Shown: positions 46,175-55,536 of the stretch, in pieces
Position numbering within the stretch: the first letter of the stretch is position 1
How the letters are laid out: the number at the start of each line of letters is the position of its first letter
Assembly (NCBI GenBank): GCA_964619065.1
Contig: CAZUCC010000013.1
Coordinates: 12,945 to 76,944 of the forward strand
Direction: 5' to 3'
DNA length: 64,000 nucleotides
From: an uncultured Acidobacteriaceae bacterium
Lineage (GTDB): Bacteria > Acidobacteriota > Terriglobia > Terriglobales > Acidobacteriaceae
Notes under the pieces: generated by a model
Database searches by the model: none
What the model was told of the DNA's origin: nothing
The model's input: the letters and a program-made list of their open reading frames with translations, nothing else
Position numbers and translations under genes: made by a program

Positions 46175-46954
46175 TCAGACCGAAAGAGGATTGGGGCCTG
46201 CCAGGAATCCGCCATCGAGAACCAGGGATTGGCCAGTCATGAAGGATGCCCTATCGGAGCACATCCACACGACGGCTTCCGCAATTTCCATCGGTGTTCC
46301 AAAACGGCCGATGGGGTGGAGGCTGAGGGCAACCTTTTTGACCTCCGGTTCGCCAAAGAGACGCTCGCCCATCGGAGTTTCGATGACCGCGGGACAAACG
46401 ACGTTGATGCGTATGCCACTGCGCGCCGTTTCGAGTGCGGCGGCTTTCGTCAACCCCATCACGCCGTGTTTGCTCGCGCTATACGTGGCTCCTCCAGCGG
46501 AACCGATCAAACCGGCAACGGACGCCATGTTGACGATAGCTCCGCCACCGCCCTGCTTGAGCATCTGCTGAATTTCGTACTTCAGACAAAGCCAGGTGCC
46601 TTTGAGATTGATGTCGATGGTGCGGTTCCAGTCTTCTTCGGATTGTTCGGCGATCGGTATCCAGTTCCCCTCGATCCCGGCATTATTGAACGCGATATCC
46701 AGGCGGCCAAACGCCTCCACCGTTTTCTGAACCAGCGCGCGAACGTCAGCGGCCAGCGATACGTCCGCTTTCACGAACAAGCCCTCGCCGCCGGTGGCGC
46801 GCAGGAGATCGATGGTCTCTTTTCCTTCCGTCTCACGGCGGCCAGCGACCACAACTTTGGCACCCGCCTTTGCAAAAAGTACGGCAGCCTCGCGGCCAAT
46901 CCCCGACGTCCCGCCAGTCACAATCCCAACTTTACCGTGCAATTCCTTCGTCAT
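46175..46954 (-). CDS. SDR-family oxidoreductase (FabG / glucose 1-dehydrogenase-like)
   Basis: The ATG at 46954 is preceded by GGAGA. Contains GKVGIVTGGTSGIGRE, NNAG and YSASKHGV. 259 aa. Confidence 0.88.
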   Translation of the reverse strand: MTKELHGKVGIVTGGTSGIGREAAVLFAKAGAKVVVAGRRETEGKETIDLLRATGGEGLFVKADVSLAADVRALVQKTVEAFGRLDIAFNNAGIEGNWIPIAEQSEEDWNRTIDINLKGTWLCLKYEIQQMLKQGGGGAIVNMASVAGLIGSAGGATYSASKHGVMGLTKAAALETARSGIRINVVCPAVIETPMGERLFGEPEVKKVALSLHPIGRFGTPMEIAEAVVWMCSDRASFMTGQSLVLDGGFLAGPNPLSV

Positions 46955-47055
46955 GATTTCTCCTCGAATCTGCCACCATCCACTCAGGTTTTTGAGGCGA
47001 AGATCGAGAGGCAGAGTGTAGGCTTTGAGCAAAGCCGCTGTCAAAAAGCCTGTGT

Positions 47056-48927
47056 TCAGTCGTCGGCGCTGGCAGCGACGGGGGGCGCTGCAGATTCCGG
47101 ACCTGCCCCGGCAACTTCCTGGTCTTTGTATTGGAGTTGGTAAAGCTTGTAGTAAATCCCGCGTTGGGCGAGGAGTTCCTGGTGAGTGCCCATCTCCCGC
47201 ACGCGGCCCTTGTGCATCACGATGATCTTGTCGGCGCGCTGAATGGTGGAGAGGCGATGCGCGATCACCAGCGAGGTGCGGCCCTCCACCATACGGGTCA
47301 GGGCGTCGCGGACCCGGAATTCGGTTTCCGTGTCTACGCTCGAAGTCGCTTCGTCCAGAATCAGAATCTTGGGATCGTGCGCCAGGGCGCGTGCAAACGA
47401 GATGAGCTGCTTCTGGCCGGTGGAAAGCGTGGAAGCACGCTCGCGAACCTTTTCGCTGAAGCCATCAGGGAGCGTGCGAATGAAGTCGGCCACGTTGACT
47501 TCCTCGGCGGCCTTTTCGACCGCAGCGTCGGTGATCCACGCCGATCCGAGGCGGATATTCCGAGCGACCGTGCCCGAGAATAGGAACGGGTCTTGCAGAA
47601 CGACGCCAAAACGACGCCGGAGGTCTACGAGGCTCATGTCTTTGATGTCAACGCCGTCGATCCGGATGGCGCCTTTCTGCACGTCGTAGAAACGGAGCAA
47701 GAGCGAGATGACGGTGGTCTTGCCCGCTCCAGTGTGGCCGACGAAAGCAACGGTTTCCCCTGGAGTGATGGCGAAACTCACATCGCGAAGAACCCAGTCA
47801 GGCTCTGCCGTCGTCTGGTATGCGAACCAAACGTGATCGAACTCAATGCGGCCGGGGCCGGTGGGCTTCTGGACGACCGCGGGTGAGGTAATTTCCGTGG
47901 GCGTATCGAGCAGTTTGAAGACGCGCTCGGCGGAGGCCATGGCGGATTGCAAGATGTTGTATTTTTCGCTGAGATCCTGAATGGGGCGGAAGAAGCGCTG
48001 CGCGTACTGCATGAAGGCAATGAGCACGCCAAGCGTGGTGATGTTGCGCAGCACATTGTTTCCGCCGAACCAGATTACGCAGGCAATGGCCGTCGCCGAG
48101 AGGACTTCAACCACCGGATAGTAGATCGCGTGGGCCAGGATCGCGTCTTTGTAGGCGTCCATGTGTGCGGAGTTGACATCGGAGAATTTCTTGTAGGCGC
48201 GGCGCTCGCGATTGAAGAGCTGCAGCACGACCATGCCGCTCACGTGCTCCTGCAGGTGCGAGTTAATCCGGGCAATCGCGGTACGGATGCGGCGGTAAGA
48301 ATCGCGCACCTTAATGCGGAAGATCTGCGTGGCATAGGCAATGAGGGGGAGCACGGCGAATGTGATCAGCGCCAGCCTCCAGTTCATGCGCGTCATGATG
48401 GCGATGATGCCGGCGAGAACGAACAAGTCCTCGAAGATGGAAACGACACCCGCCGTAAACATCTCATTGAGGGCGTCGACATCCGTGGTGACGCGCGTGA
48501 CCAAACGTCCGACAGGGTTCTTGTCGTAGAACCCAATGTGCATGTGCTGCAGGTGGCGAAAGATCTCCTTGCGTAAATCGAACATGACTTGTTGCCCGGC
48601 CCATTGCATGAAGTAGGTCTGGGCAAACTCGAGGAAGAAGCTGAGCGAGATTGTACAGATATACAACGCTGCCACTTGCGCGATACCAGTGAGCGGCGCG
48701 GAACTGAGGAAGCGGTCGAGAATCCCGGCAGATTTTGGCGGCTGGACCAGGTACCTGTCGATGGCAATCTTCGTCAGGTAAGGGCCGAGAACGTCCGCCA
48801 AAGCCTTCAGAATTATGGCAGTGAGCGCGATGGCCGTCTGCACCTTATACGGGCGCAGATAGGTGAGCAAGCGCCGCATGAGGCGCGCGTCATATGCTTT
48901 TCCTAAGACTTCTTCTTCGGCCGCCAT
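47056..48927 (-). CDS. ABC exporter, fused TMD-NBD half-transporter (MsbA / multidrug type)
   Basis: Six TM helices, Walker A (GHTGAGKTT), signature LSTGQKQ, Walker B (ILILDEATS) and an H-loop (IAHRLST). Confidence 0.9.
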   Translation of the reverse strand: MAAEEEVLGKAYDARLMRRLLTYLRPYKVQTAIALTAIILKALADVLGPYLTKIAIDRYLVQPPKSAGILDRFLSSAPLTGIAQVAALYICTISLSFFLEFAQTYFMQWAGQQVMFDLRKEIFRHLQHMHIGFYDKNPVGRLVTRVTTDVDALNEMFTAGVVSIFEDLFVLAGIIAIMTRMNWRLALITFAVLPLIAYATQIFRIKVRDSYRRIRTAIARINSHLQEHVSGMVVLQLFNRERRAYKKFSDVNSAHMDAYKDAILAHAIYYPVVEVLSATAIACVIWFGGNNVLRNITTLGVLIAFMQYAQRFFRPIQDLSEKYNILQSAMASAERVFKLLDTPTEITSPAVVQKPTGPGRIEFDHVWFAYQTTAEPDWVLRDVSFAITPGETVAFVGHTGAGKTTVISLLLRFYDVQKGAIRIDGVDIKDMSLVDLRRRFGVVLQDPFLFSGTVARNIRLGSAWITDAAVEKAAEEVNVADFIRTLPDGFSEKVRERASTLSTGQKQLISFARALAHDPKILILDEATSSVDTETEFRVRDALTRMVEGRTSLVIAHRLSTIQRADKIIVMHKGRVREMGTHQELLAQRGIYYKLYQLQYKDQEVAGAGPESAAPPVAASADD

Positions 48928-48982
48928 GGGTTGAATAGATGATTTTACCGTGAGGAAAGGTGGAAAAGGTTGTAAGCATCAC

Positions 48983-49133
48983 TTGTCATCCTGAGCGCAG
49001 CGAAAGACCCCGAGAGTGCTGGTAGTTGCGGAGAATTCGCAAACTTTGCCAGGAATATGTTGTACGTGAAAAACTGGGAAGAGTGACGCGATGCCGATGG
49101 CGCAGGGGTCCTTCGCTGCGCTCAGGATGACAA
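48983..49133. repeat. 151-bp MITE-like element: inverted copies of the GTCATCCTGAGCGCAGCGAA(A/G)GACCCC repeat flanking a 94-bp core
   Basis: Left arm ttgtcatcctgagcgcagcgaaagaccc (48983-49010); right arm ggggtccttcgctgcgctcaggatgacaa (49105-49133). Confidence 0.85.
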
Positions 49134-49166
49134 CGCTATAAGGAGTTAATCAGTGCTTTCCTAGCG

Positions 49167-50417
49167 TTACGTGATCTTCCTCAGCACGAGCGCTGAGTTC
49201 TTCGATCCGAATCCCACGCAATTGCAGATCACATTCTGAATCTGCGCTTTGCGCCCTGCCTTCGGAATGTAGTCGAGGTCACAATCCGGGTCGGGGGCTT
49301 CAAGATTGATGGTCGGCGGGAGCTGGCCTTGCTCCATGGCAATGAGCGTCGCGGCAACCCCGGCAGCGCCGCAGGCTCCCTGAGCGTGGCCGATCTGCGA
49401 CTTCAATGACGACATGGGCGTTTGATACGCATGGTCCCCGAGTGCAATCTTGAGGGCACGCGTTTCCACACGGTCGTTCATGGGGGTGGCGGTGCCGTGG
49501 AGGTTCACATAGTGGATGTCGGTGGCCGTGAGGCTGGCTTCTTGCAGCGCGAGTTTGATGGCGCGAGCCGGTTCTTGCGGGTCTTCGCTCATGCGTACGC
49601 GGTGGAAGGCCTCGCAATTCGACGCATAGCCGGCGATCTCAGCGTAGATGTGGGCCTTGCGGGCACGAGCATGTTCATATTCTTCGAGCAGGAACATCCA
49701 GGAGCCCTCGGCTAGAACAAAGCCGTCGCGGTCGGCGGAGAACGGGCGCGAGGCGCGTTCCGGTGCGTTGTTCCATGATTGGGTCAGAGCGCGGAGAAGG
49801 GTGTAGCCCTTAATGATGCCCGGCGTGATGGTGGAGTCGGCTCCGCCCGCCAGAAACATGGGCTGAATGCCAGCTTGAATGTGCTGCAAAGCGTAGCCGA
49901 TGGCGTCGGTGGAAGAAGTGCAACCGGTAGTGATGACGTGACTGTAGCCGCGAAAGCCGAATCGCATCTGCACTTCACTGGACATAGTGCCCATGGTTCC
50001 GCTGGGAATGCAGAACAGGCTCACCTGCTTGATGTTGCCGGAATGCCACAGGCGGTATTGCTCCTCGGAAAATTCCTGCGCGCCGCCGCCGGAGCCGAGG
50101 ACGATGCCGATTTCGCGTTTCTCTTCCATCGACATGGCAGTGGGGTCGAGGCCTGCGTCCTTCACCGCTTCCGCGCAGGCCGCGATGGCGAGCGGCACAA
50201 CACGTGAGACATGCTTGCGCTCGCGGGCGTCGATCCAGGCAAGCTCGTCGAATTCCGGGATTTCTCCAGCGATGTGGACGGGCAGAGAGGAGGAGTCGAA
50301 GCGGGAAATGCGCTTGACGCCGGATTTTCCTTCTAGAACCGCTCGCGAGAAGGCTTGCTTTCCGATTCCATTCGGGCTGACAACGCCCATTCCAGTGATC
50401 ACGACCCGAGGCGGCAT
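49167..50417 (-). CDS. Beta-ketoacyl-ACP synthase (KAS I/II family, FabF-like)
   Basis: VVITGMGVVSPNG, the active-site Cys context TTGCTSS, HGTATPMND, and SQIGHAQGACG. Confidence 0.88.
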   Translation of the reverse strand: MPPRVVITGMGVVSPNGIGKQAFSRAVLEGKSGVKRISRFDSSSLPVHIAGEIPEFDELAWIDARERKHVSRVVPLAIAACAEAVKDAGLDPTAMSMEEKREIGIVLGSGGGAQEFSEEQYRLWHSGNIKQVSLFCIPSGTMGTMSSEVQMRFGFRGYSHVITTGCTSSTDAIGYALQHIQAGIQPMFLAGGADSTITPGIIKGYTLLRALTQSWNNAPERASRPFSADRDGFVLAEGSWMFLLEEYEHARARKAHIYAEIAGYASNCEAFHRVRMSEDPQEPARAIKLALQEASLTATDIHYVNLHGTATPMNDRVETRALKIALGDHAYQTPMSSLKSQIGHAQGACGAAGVAATLIAMEQGQLPPTINLEAPDPDCDLDYIPKAGRKAQIQNVICNCVGFGSKNSALVLRKIT

Positions 50418-50530
50418 TTTTCTCCGAAGATCCGGCGTTTGAGGATTCTAACAGGCGGACGGGCCAAATCACGCCACGGCCGTTTAGCCGGGTGTCCAGG
50501 CTGCTTTTGCATAGTGGATAATGAAGTCAA

Positions 50531-51733
50531 ATGCCCCTGGGAATCTATATTTCGGTGCCGTTTTGTAAGAGCAAATGCAGCTACTGCAACTTCGCTACGG
50601 GAGTGGTATCACGAGCCATTTATTCCCGGTATGTGGATCGTGTGTGCGCGGATATGGCTGCCGCGGAACAGACGGCACTAGCGGTCGGCGGGAAGTTCGA
50701 GCGTACTGTCGATTCCATTTTCTTGGGCGGCGGCACACCGACAATTCTCGAGCCCGCCGACCTCGAACGGATGTTTTGTGCCGTGCGGGAAAATTTTAAA
50801 GTCCCGCCGGGCGCCGAGATCACAGTGGAATGCGCACCGGGGACACTGAGCCCCCGAATGACAGAGGTCCTCGTGGAGTGCAGCGTGAACCGAGTCAGTC
50901 TCGGAGTGCAGTCGTGGGTGGATTCCGAAGCAGCGGCTGTAGGGCGCCTGCATACGCGAACGAAGGTGTTGGAAGACATCGCATTGCTGCGCTCGCGAGG
51001 GATCGAAAACATCAACGTGGATATAATCGCGGGTCTGCCGCATCAAACCCCGAGAAGCTGGGAATATTCCGTTTTGGAAACAATCGCCTCCCGCGTTCCG
51101 CACGTCAGCGTCTACATGCTGGAAGTGGATGAAGATTCTCGCTTGGGACGCGAGCTCATGGCAGGCGGCCAGAGGTATCACGCGCACTTTGTGCCGGACG
51201 ACGACCTGAGCGCAGAGTTTTATGTTGCAGCATGCGAGCGGCTGGAGCAAGCGGGGATTGCCCAGTATGAGATTTCCAATTTCGCTCGGGATGGCCAGGA
51301 GTCCAGGCACAACCTGAAATATTGGCAGCGCAAGCCGTATTTTGGTTTCGGAGTGGACGCACATTCGATGCTATTCAGCGCCGAGGCCAACCCGGACCGC
51401 AACCCGGACAAATGGGAGGTCCGATTCGCGGCGGCAGACGAACTCAACGCTTTTCTGGAGAACGCTCCGTTGACCCGAACTGAAGTGCCTCGACAGGCAG
51501 CTCTGGAAGAGGCATTCTTTCTGGGATTGAGGCACACGCGTGGCGTAGACTTGCACGAGCTTGCCAACGAATTTGGCGCTGCATCGGTCGAGGGAGTTTC
51601 CGGAGTTATCGAAGAACTAACCAAAGATGGGCTTGTACAACGGACCGAACACTCTCTGCGTCTTACAATGCGAGGTCGAATGGTGTCGAACGAAGTATTC
51701 CAGAGATTTCTGGCCGTGGAGGCGAAACAGTGA
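50531..51733 (+). CDS. hemW: Radical SAM heme chaperone HemW (oxygen-independent coproporphyrinogen oxidase-like)
   Basis: YISVPFCKSKCSYCNF (the CxxxCxxC cluster), FLGGGTP, the RVSLGVQS region, and a HemN_C domain. Confidence 0.88.
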   Translation: MPLGIYISVPFCKSKCSYCNFATGVVSRAIYSRYVDRVCADMAAAEQTALAVGGKFERTVDSIFLGGGTPTILEPADLERMFCAVRENFKVPPGAEITVECAPGTLSPRMTEVLVECSVNRVSLGVQSWVDSEAAAVGRLHTRTKVLEDIALLRSRGIENINVDIIAGLPHQTPRSWEYSVLETIASRVPHVSVYMLEVDEDSRLGRELMAGGQRYHAHFVPDDDLSAEFYVAACERLEQAGIAQYEISNFARDGQESRHNLKYWQRKPYFGFGVDAHSMLFSAEANPDRNPDKWEVRFAAADELNAFLENAPLTRTEVPRQAALEEAFFLGLRHTRGVDLHELANEFGAASVEGVSGVIEELTKDGLVQRTEHSLRLTMRGRMVSNEVFQRFLAVEAKQ

Positions 51734-51834
51734 ACGTTGAGATCAAGCGGTGGCCGCTTGGCCTCGATATTTTCACGGTTGTGAGCACAATTTGAGTTTT
51801 TTCAGCAGCCTGCTAACGTATCCTGATTCTCCCA

Positions 51835-53391
51835 ATGATCTCAACGCTGCCCCAGCCGCGCCTACGCTTGCCGTTCGTGGGCGGCATGTTGGCTGTGGTG
51901 ACGCTCGCGCTTGCGAATTTCTTCCTGCATTTCTACTTCAATAACCGCTACCATGTTTTTCGCGACGAATTCGACTACATGATTTGCGGTGCGCGCTTAG
52001 CTTGGGGCTACGTCGATCAGCCTCCGCTTATCCCCTTTCTGATTCGCGCCAGCCGCGCCGTTTTCGGCGATTCCTTGCGCAGCATCCGCCTGGTACCCGC
52101 CCTCGCGTCCTCGATAACACTTATCCAAACCGGAGTCCTCGCCCGCTCGCTCGGCGGCAAAAGCTACGCTCTTGTCCTCGCCGCTACGGCATATTTGGTC
52201 TCGCCACAATATCTTTCCAACGGCAGCCTGCTCACAACCAATTGCCTGGAGCCGTTGCTTTGGATGGCCTGTGTGCAGTGCGTAATCTTTGCAATTCAGA
52301 AAAATGACCCGCGCTACTGGCTTTGGTTCGGGGTCTTCGCCGGAATCGGCATGCAGGAAAAATACTCCATCGGTGTGCTTGGCTTTGCCGTTGTCGTGGG
52401 TCTTTTGCTTACGCCGGAACGACGCTTTCTTTGGAACCGCTGGATCTGGCTCGGCGGCTTGGCCGCATTCCTCATCTTCCTCCCCAACCTGCTTTGGAAC
52501 ATTCACTACGATTTCCCGTTCTTGCAGCTTATGCACAATATTCGTGCGAACGGCCGCGACATCGCCCTCACGCCCACACAATATATCGCGCAACAGATTC
52601 TCATCATGAATCCGGCAACCGCTTTGCTGTGGATTCCCGGGCTCATCGCGCTTCTCGCCTGGAAGCCGTTGCAGCCATACCGGCTGCTTGGCTGGACGTA
52701 TCTTGCAACCCTCACCGTTTTCATCGTGCTTCACGGGAAGAATTATTACTGCACGCCGATCTATCCCTATCTCCTCGCCGCCGGCGCTGTCCTGCTCGAA
52801 CATTGTTTCTGCATTTGGCGGCAGGCGTGGCTGAAGCCGGCTTTACCGGCGGTGTTGCTGGTATTTGGCTCCATTCTGGCTCCGTTCGTTATCCCTGTAC
52901 TCTCGCCCGAGAGCTTCCTCGTCTACATGAGCAAGCTGCCAATCCAGGCCCCCCGGCAGGAGCATAGCCAGGTAGGCGTACCGTTGCCCCAGCACTACGC
53001 CGACCAGTTTGGGTGGGAGGAAATGGTCGCCGTAGTCAACCAAGCCTGGCAAAGCATTCCGCAACAAGAACGAAACGATTGCGGCATCTTCGGTCAGAAC
53101 TACGGCCAATCTGGAGCGGTCGATTACTATGGCCCGCGCTACGGCTTGCCTCCCGCGCTTGGCACACACCAGACGTATTTCCTTTGGGGACCACGGGGCT
53201 ATTCGGGCAACTGCCTTATCGTGATTGACGACTCGCGGGAAAACCTCGAGCGACTGTTCGTCTCCGTCGAGTACGTGGGAGAGTCCGACAGCTCCTACGC
53301 GATGGAACGCCACATTCCGGTCTACATCGCCAAGGGAGCAAAATTTGGTTCCTTGTCCGAGTTGTGGCCAACCTTAAAGCGGTGGCGCTAA
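51835..53391 (+). CDS. Glycosyltransferase family 39-like integral membrane protein (ArnT/PMT-type)
   Basis: Polytopic membrane protein. The N-terminal loop DEFDYMICGARLAWGYVDQPPLIPFL is characteristic of the ArnT-like acidobacterial GT39/GT83 group. Confidence 0.7.
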   Translation: MISTLPQPRLRLPFVGGMLAVVTLALANFFLHFYFNNRYHVFRDEFDYMICGARLAWGYVDQPPLIPFLIRASRAVFGDSLRSIRLVPALASSITLIQTGVLARSLGGKSYALVLAATAYLVSPQYLSNGSLLTTNCLEPLLWMACVQCVIFAIQKNDPRYWLWFGVFAGIGMQEKYSIGVLGFAVVVGLLLTPERRFLWNRWIWLGGLAAFLIFLPNLLWNIHYDFPFLQLMHNIRANGRDIALTPTQYIAQQILIMNPATALLWIPGLIALLAWKPLQPYRLLGWTYLATLTVFIVLHGKNYYCTPIYPYLLAAGAVLLEHCFCIWRQAWLKPALPAVLLVFGSILAPFVIPVLSPESFLVYMSKLPIQAPRQEHSQVGVPLPQHYADQFGWEEMVAVVNQAWQSIPQQERNDCGIFGQNYGQSGAVDYYGPRYGLPPALGTHQTYFLWGPRGYSGNCLIVIDDSRENLERLFVSVEYVGESDSSYAMERHIPVYIAKGAKFGSLSELWPTLKRWR

Positions 53392-53638
53392 ATTCGCAGT
53401 GGCGTTTGTTGCTTTGCGATTTCGCAATGCAATGCTAGAGTTTCCTTGAACAGGGTGAAGTTGCGCGCTCCTGGACCGACCGGTCAGTCATTCCAGCCAA
53501 TATTTATGCGGCTTTCAGTTACCTAGGAGTGTTCGCGGAGCGGTGCTAGTGTGTTGTAATAGGTAGTCAACCCCCAAAGTTATAATCTCCGATTTCCCTA
53601 CCGGGATTGTCGCGGACATTTTCATTTGGAGAACGATC

Positions 53639-54781
53639 TTGAATTTTCAGCTCAACGAAGAACAACTGCATTTGCAAAGGACCGTGCGCGAGTTTGCCGC
53701 CCGAGAAGTGTTGCCGAACGTGATGAAGTGGGATGAAGCCAGCGAGTTTCCCCTGAGTACGATCAAGGAACTTGGCAAGCTGGGCTTGCTGGGGATTATT
53801 TTCCCGGCCGAATACGGCGGCGCGGGCATGGGCTATGTGGAATACGTCACCGCGATCGATGAGCTTTCGCGCGTGGATGGATCTGTTGGAATCATCCTGG
53901 CCGCGCATACTTCGCTGGGGTCGAATCATATTTTTACTGCCGGGGATGAAACGCAGCGGAAGAAGTACATCCCGAAGCTGGCGTCCGGCGAATTCATTGG
54001 CGCCTGGGGATTGACGGAGCCATCCTCCGGTTCGGATGCGGGCAGCGCTCGTGCAACGGCCGTTCGCACAAACGGCGGTTATGTCATTAACGGCACGAAA
54101 ACATTTATCACCAACGGTCATTACGCGGATGTAATGGTGGTCATTGCTGTAACCGATCGTGCGGCAGGGACACACGGGCTGTCGGCGTTCGTTGTGGAGA
54201 AGGGAACGAAGGGATTTCGTCCGGGGAAGAAAGAGAACAAACTCGGCCTGCGTGCCAGTGATACCTCCGAGATGATCTTCGAAGACTGCTTTGTTCCAAA
54301 CGAGAATCTTTTGGGCAAAGAGGGCGATGGATTTATCGATGCCATGAAGATTCTGGACGGTGGGCGTATCTCAATTGCCGCACTTTCGCTAGGAATCGGG
54401 CAAGGCGCTTATCAGTGCGCCTTGAAGTACTCCAAGGAGCGCAAACAGTTCGGCAAAGCGATTTCGGAATTCCAGGCCATTCAATGGAAGTTGGCCGACA
54501 TGGCTACGGAGTTGGATGCTGCGCGCCTGTTGATCATGCGCGCGGCGTCCATGAAAGACGCTGGGATGAAGACGACCCAGGAATCATCCATGGCGAAGCT
54601 GTACGCCAGTGAAGTTGCGGTACGTTGCGCCAATGAGAGCGTGCAGATTCACGGTGGCTACGGCTTCATCAAAGACTACCCGGCAGAAAAGTTTTACCGC
54701 GACGTGAAGCTGTGCACCATCGGCGAAGGCACGAGCGAAATCCAGCGCCTGGTGATCGCGCGGCAGTTGCTGAAGGGGTAG
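53639..54781 (+). CDS. Acyl-CoA dehydrogenase (short-chain / butyryl-CoA type)
   Basis: [18 protein letters not shown], and the C-terminal [43 protein letters not shown] start with GGAGA upstream. Confidence 0.92.
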   Translation: MNFQLNEEQLHLQRTVREFAAREVLPNVMKWDEASEFPLSTIKELGKLGLLGIIFPAEYGGAGMGYVEYVTAIDELSRVDGSVGIILAAHTSLGSNHIFTAGDETQRKKYIPKLASGEFIGAWGLTEPSSGSDAGSARATAVRTNGGYVINGTKTFITNGHYADVMVVIAVTDRAAGTHGLSAFVVEKGTKGFRPGKKENKLGLRASDTSEMIFEDCFVPNENLLGKEGDGFIDAMKILDGGRISIAALSLGIGQGAYQCALKYSKERKQFGKAISEFQAIQWKLADMATELDAARLLIMRAASMKDAGMKTTQESSMAKLYASEVAVRCANESVQIHGGYGFIKDYPAEKFYRDVKLCTIGEGTSEIQRLVIARQLLKG

Positions 54782-54822
54782 GTCAAGTATTCGTGTTGCT
54801 CAGCCCGGTTATATGTAAAGTA

Positions 54823-54853
54823 ATAATGTAATTACATTATGTATGTGTATAAT
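54823..54853 (+). promoter_or_regulatory. Perfect 18-bp palindrome (candidate antitoxin operator) followed by a TATAAT box
   Basis: ATAATGTAATTACATTAT (54823-54840) is self-complementary. TATAAT lies at 54848-54853, 19 nt before the antitoxin ATG. The local stretch is AT-rich. Confidence 0.55.
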
Positions 54854-54872
54854 GCATGTACGGAGAATGTGC

Positions 54873-55145
54873 ATGCCGAGAACCACACAGAATCCAAAGA
54901 GGGAAACTCTCAACCTTCGCATCGATCCCACCCTCAAGGCTGATTTTATTGCCGCTTCCGAAAGAGAAAATAAGCCAGTCGCTGCAATTCTCCGCGAGCT
55001 TATGCACGCATATGTCGAGCGTGCTAGAAGGAGCAAGTTTGCCGCTGAGGCCCGCAGGCAGTCCCGCCGCATTGCTTCTTCAAAGGACGAAGCAGAAGTC
55101 TCCCGGTGGATTCAGGATGTAAGCGATACTGAGGGCTGGAAGTGA
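54873..55145 (+). CDS. Type II antitoxin: ribbon-helix-helix N-terminus with a MazE-like (DUF3018-like) C-terminal tail
   Basis: ETLNLRIDPTLKADFIAASERENKPVAAILRELMHAYVER is an RHH pattern. The tail FAAEARRQS...EAEVSRWIQDVSDTEGW resembles antitoxins that pair with this PemK subgroup. CGGAGA Shine-Dalgarno. The stop overlaps the toxin GTG. Confidence 0.75.
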   Translation: MPRTTQNPKRETLNLRIDPTLKADFIAASERENKPVAAILRELMHAYVERARRSKFAAEARRQSRRIASSKDEAEVSRWIQDVSDTEGWK

Positions 55146-55465
55146 GGCGCGGAGATCTAGTGACCGTTGCTATGTCCGGCGACTATGGCAAACCACGACC
55201 TGCTTTGATTGTGCAAGCGGATGCTTTTGATCTTCATCCGTCCGTGACGTTGCTGCCGCTGACAAGCGAGATGCACGATACTCCGCTGTTTCGTGTCACC
55301 GTGCAACCGGGAAACTGCACGGGATTGCGCAAAGTGTCGCAGGTGATGGTGGACAAAACCACGACTGTGCCGCGCACCCAAGTGGGCCAGCGTATTGGTC
55401 GCGTGGATGTTGCCACTCTGCGCGCGATCGATGACGCCATGAAGGGGTTTCTCGACCTCGGATAA
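55142..55465 (+). CDS. Type II toxin, PemK/MazF-family endoribonuclease
   Basis: MRRGDLVTVAMSGDYGKPRPALIVQAD...VTLLPLTSE...RVTV.P....GLRKVSQVMVDKTTTVPR matches the PemK/MazF fold signature. The start shows GTGA overlap coupling. Confidence 0.85.
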   Translation: MRRGDLVTVAMSGDYGKPRPALIVQADAFDLHPSVTLLPLTSEMHDTPLFRVTVQPGNCTGLRKVSQVMVDKTTTVPRTQVGQRIGRVDVATLRAIDDAMKGFLDLG

Positions 55466-55536
55466 GTGCAGGTACCAGCCCTTAGGACGTGCTTCGAATT
55501 TCGTGACTGCCGGTCTCTGCTTTACACTGATGTGTC

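Noticed and set aside
46091-47143. 350-aa ORF on the + strand; also 55693-56436 (-) and 60157-61134 (-)
   Set aside because: They are antisense to the SDR, meaB and asd-like genes respectively, each of which has strong family signatures.
53414-53500. Small palindromes (TTGCGA-TT-TCGCAA at 53414-53427 and GACCGGTC around 53490) upstream of the acyl-CoA dehydrogenase, as a possible TetR/FadR operator
   Set aside because: The arms are short (6-8 bp), no regulator gene is nearby, and I saw no second copy. This is not distinguishable from chance.
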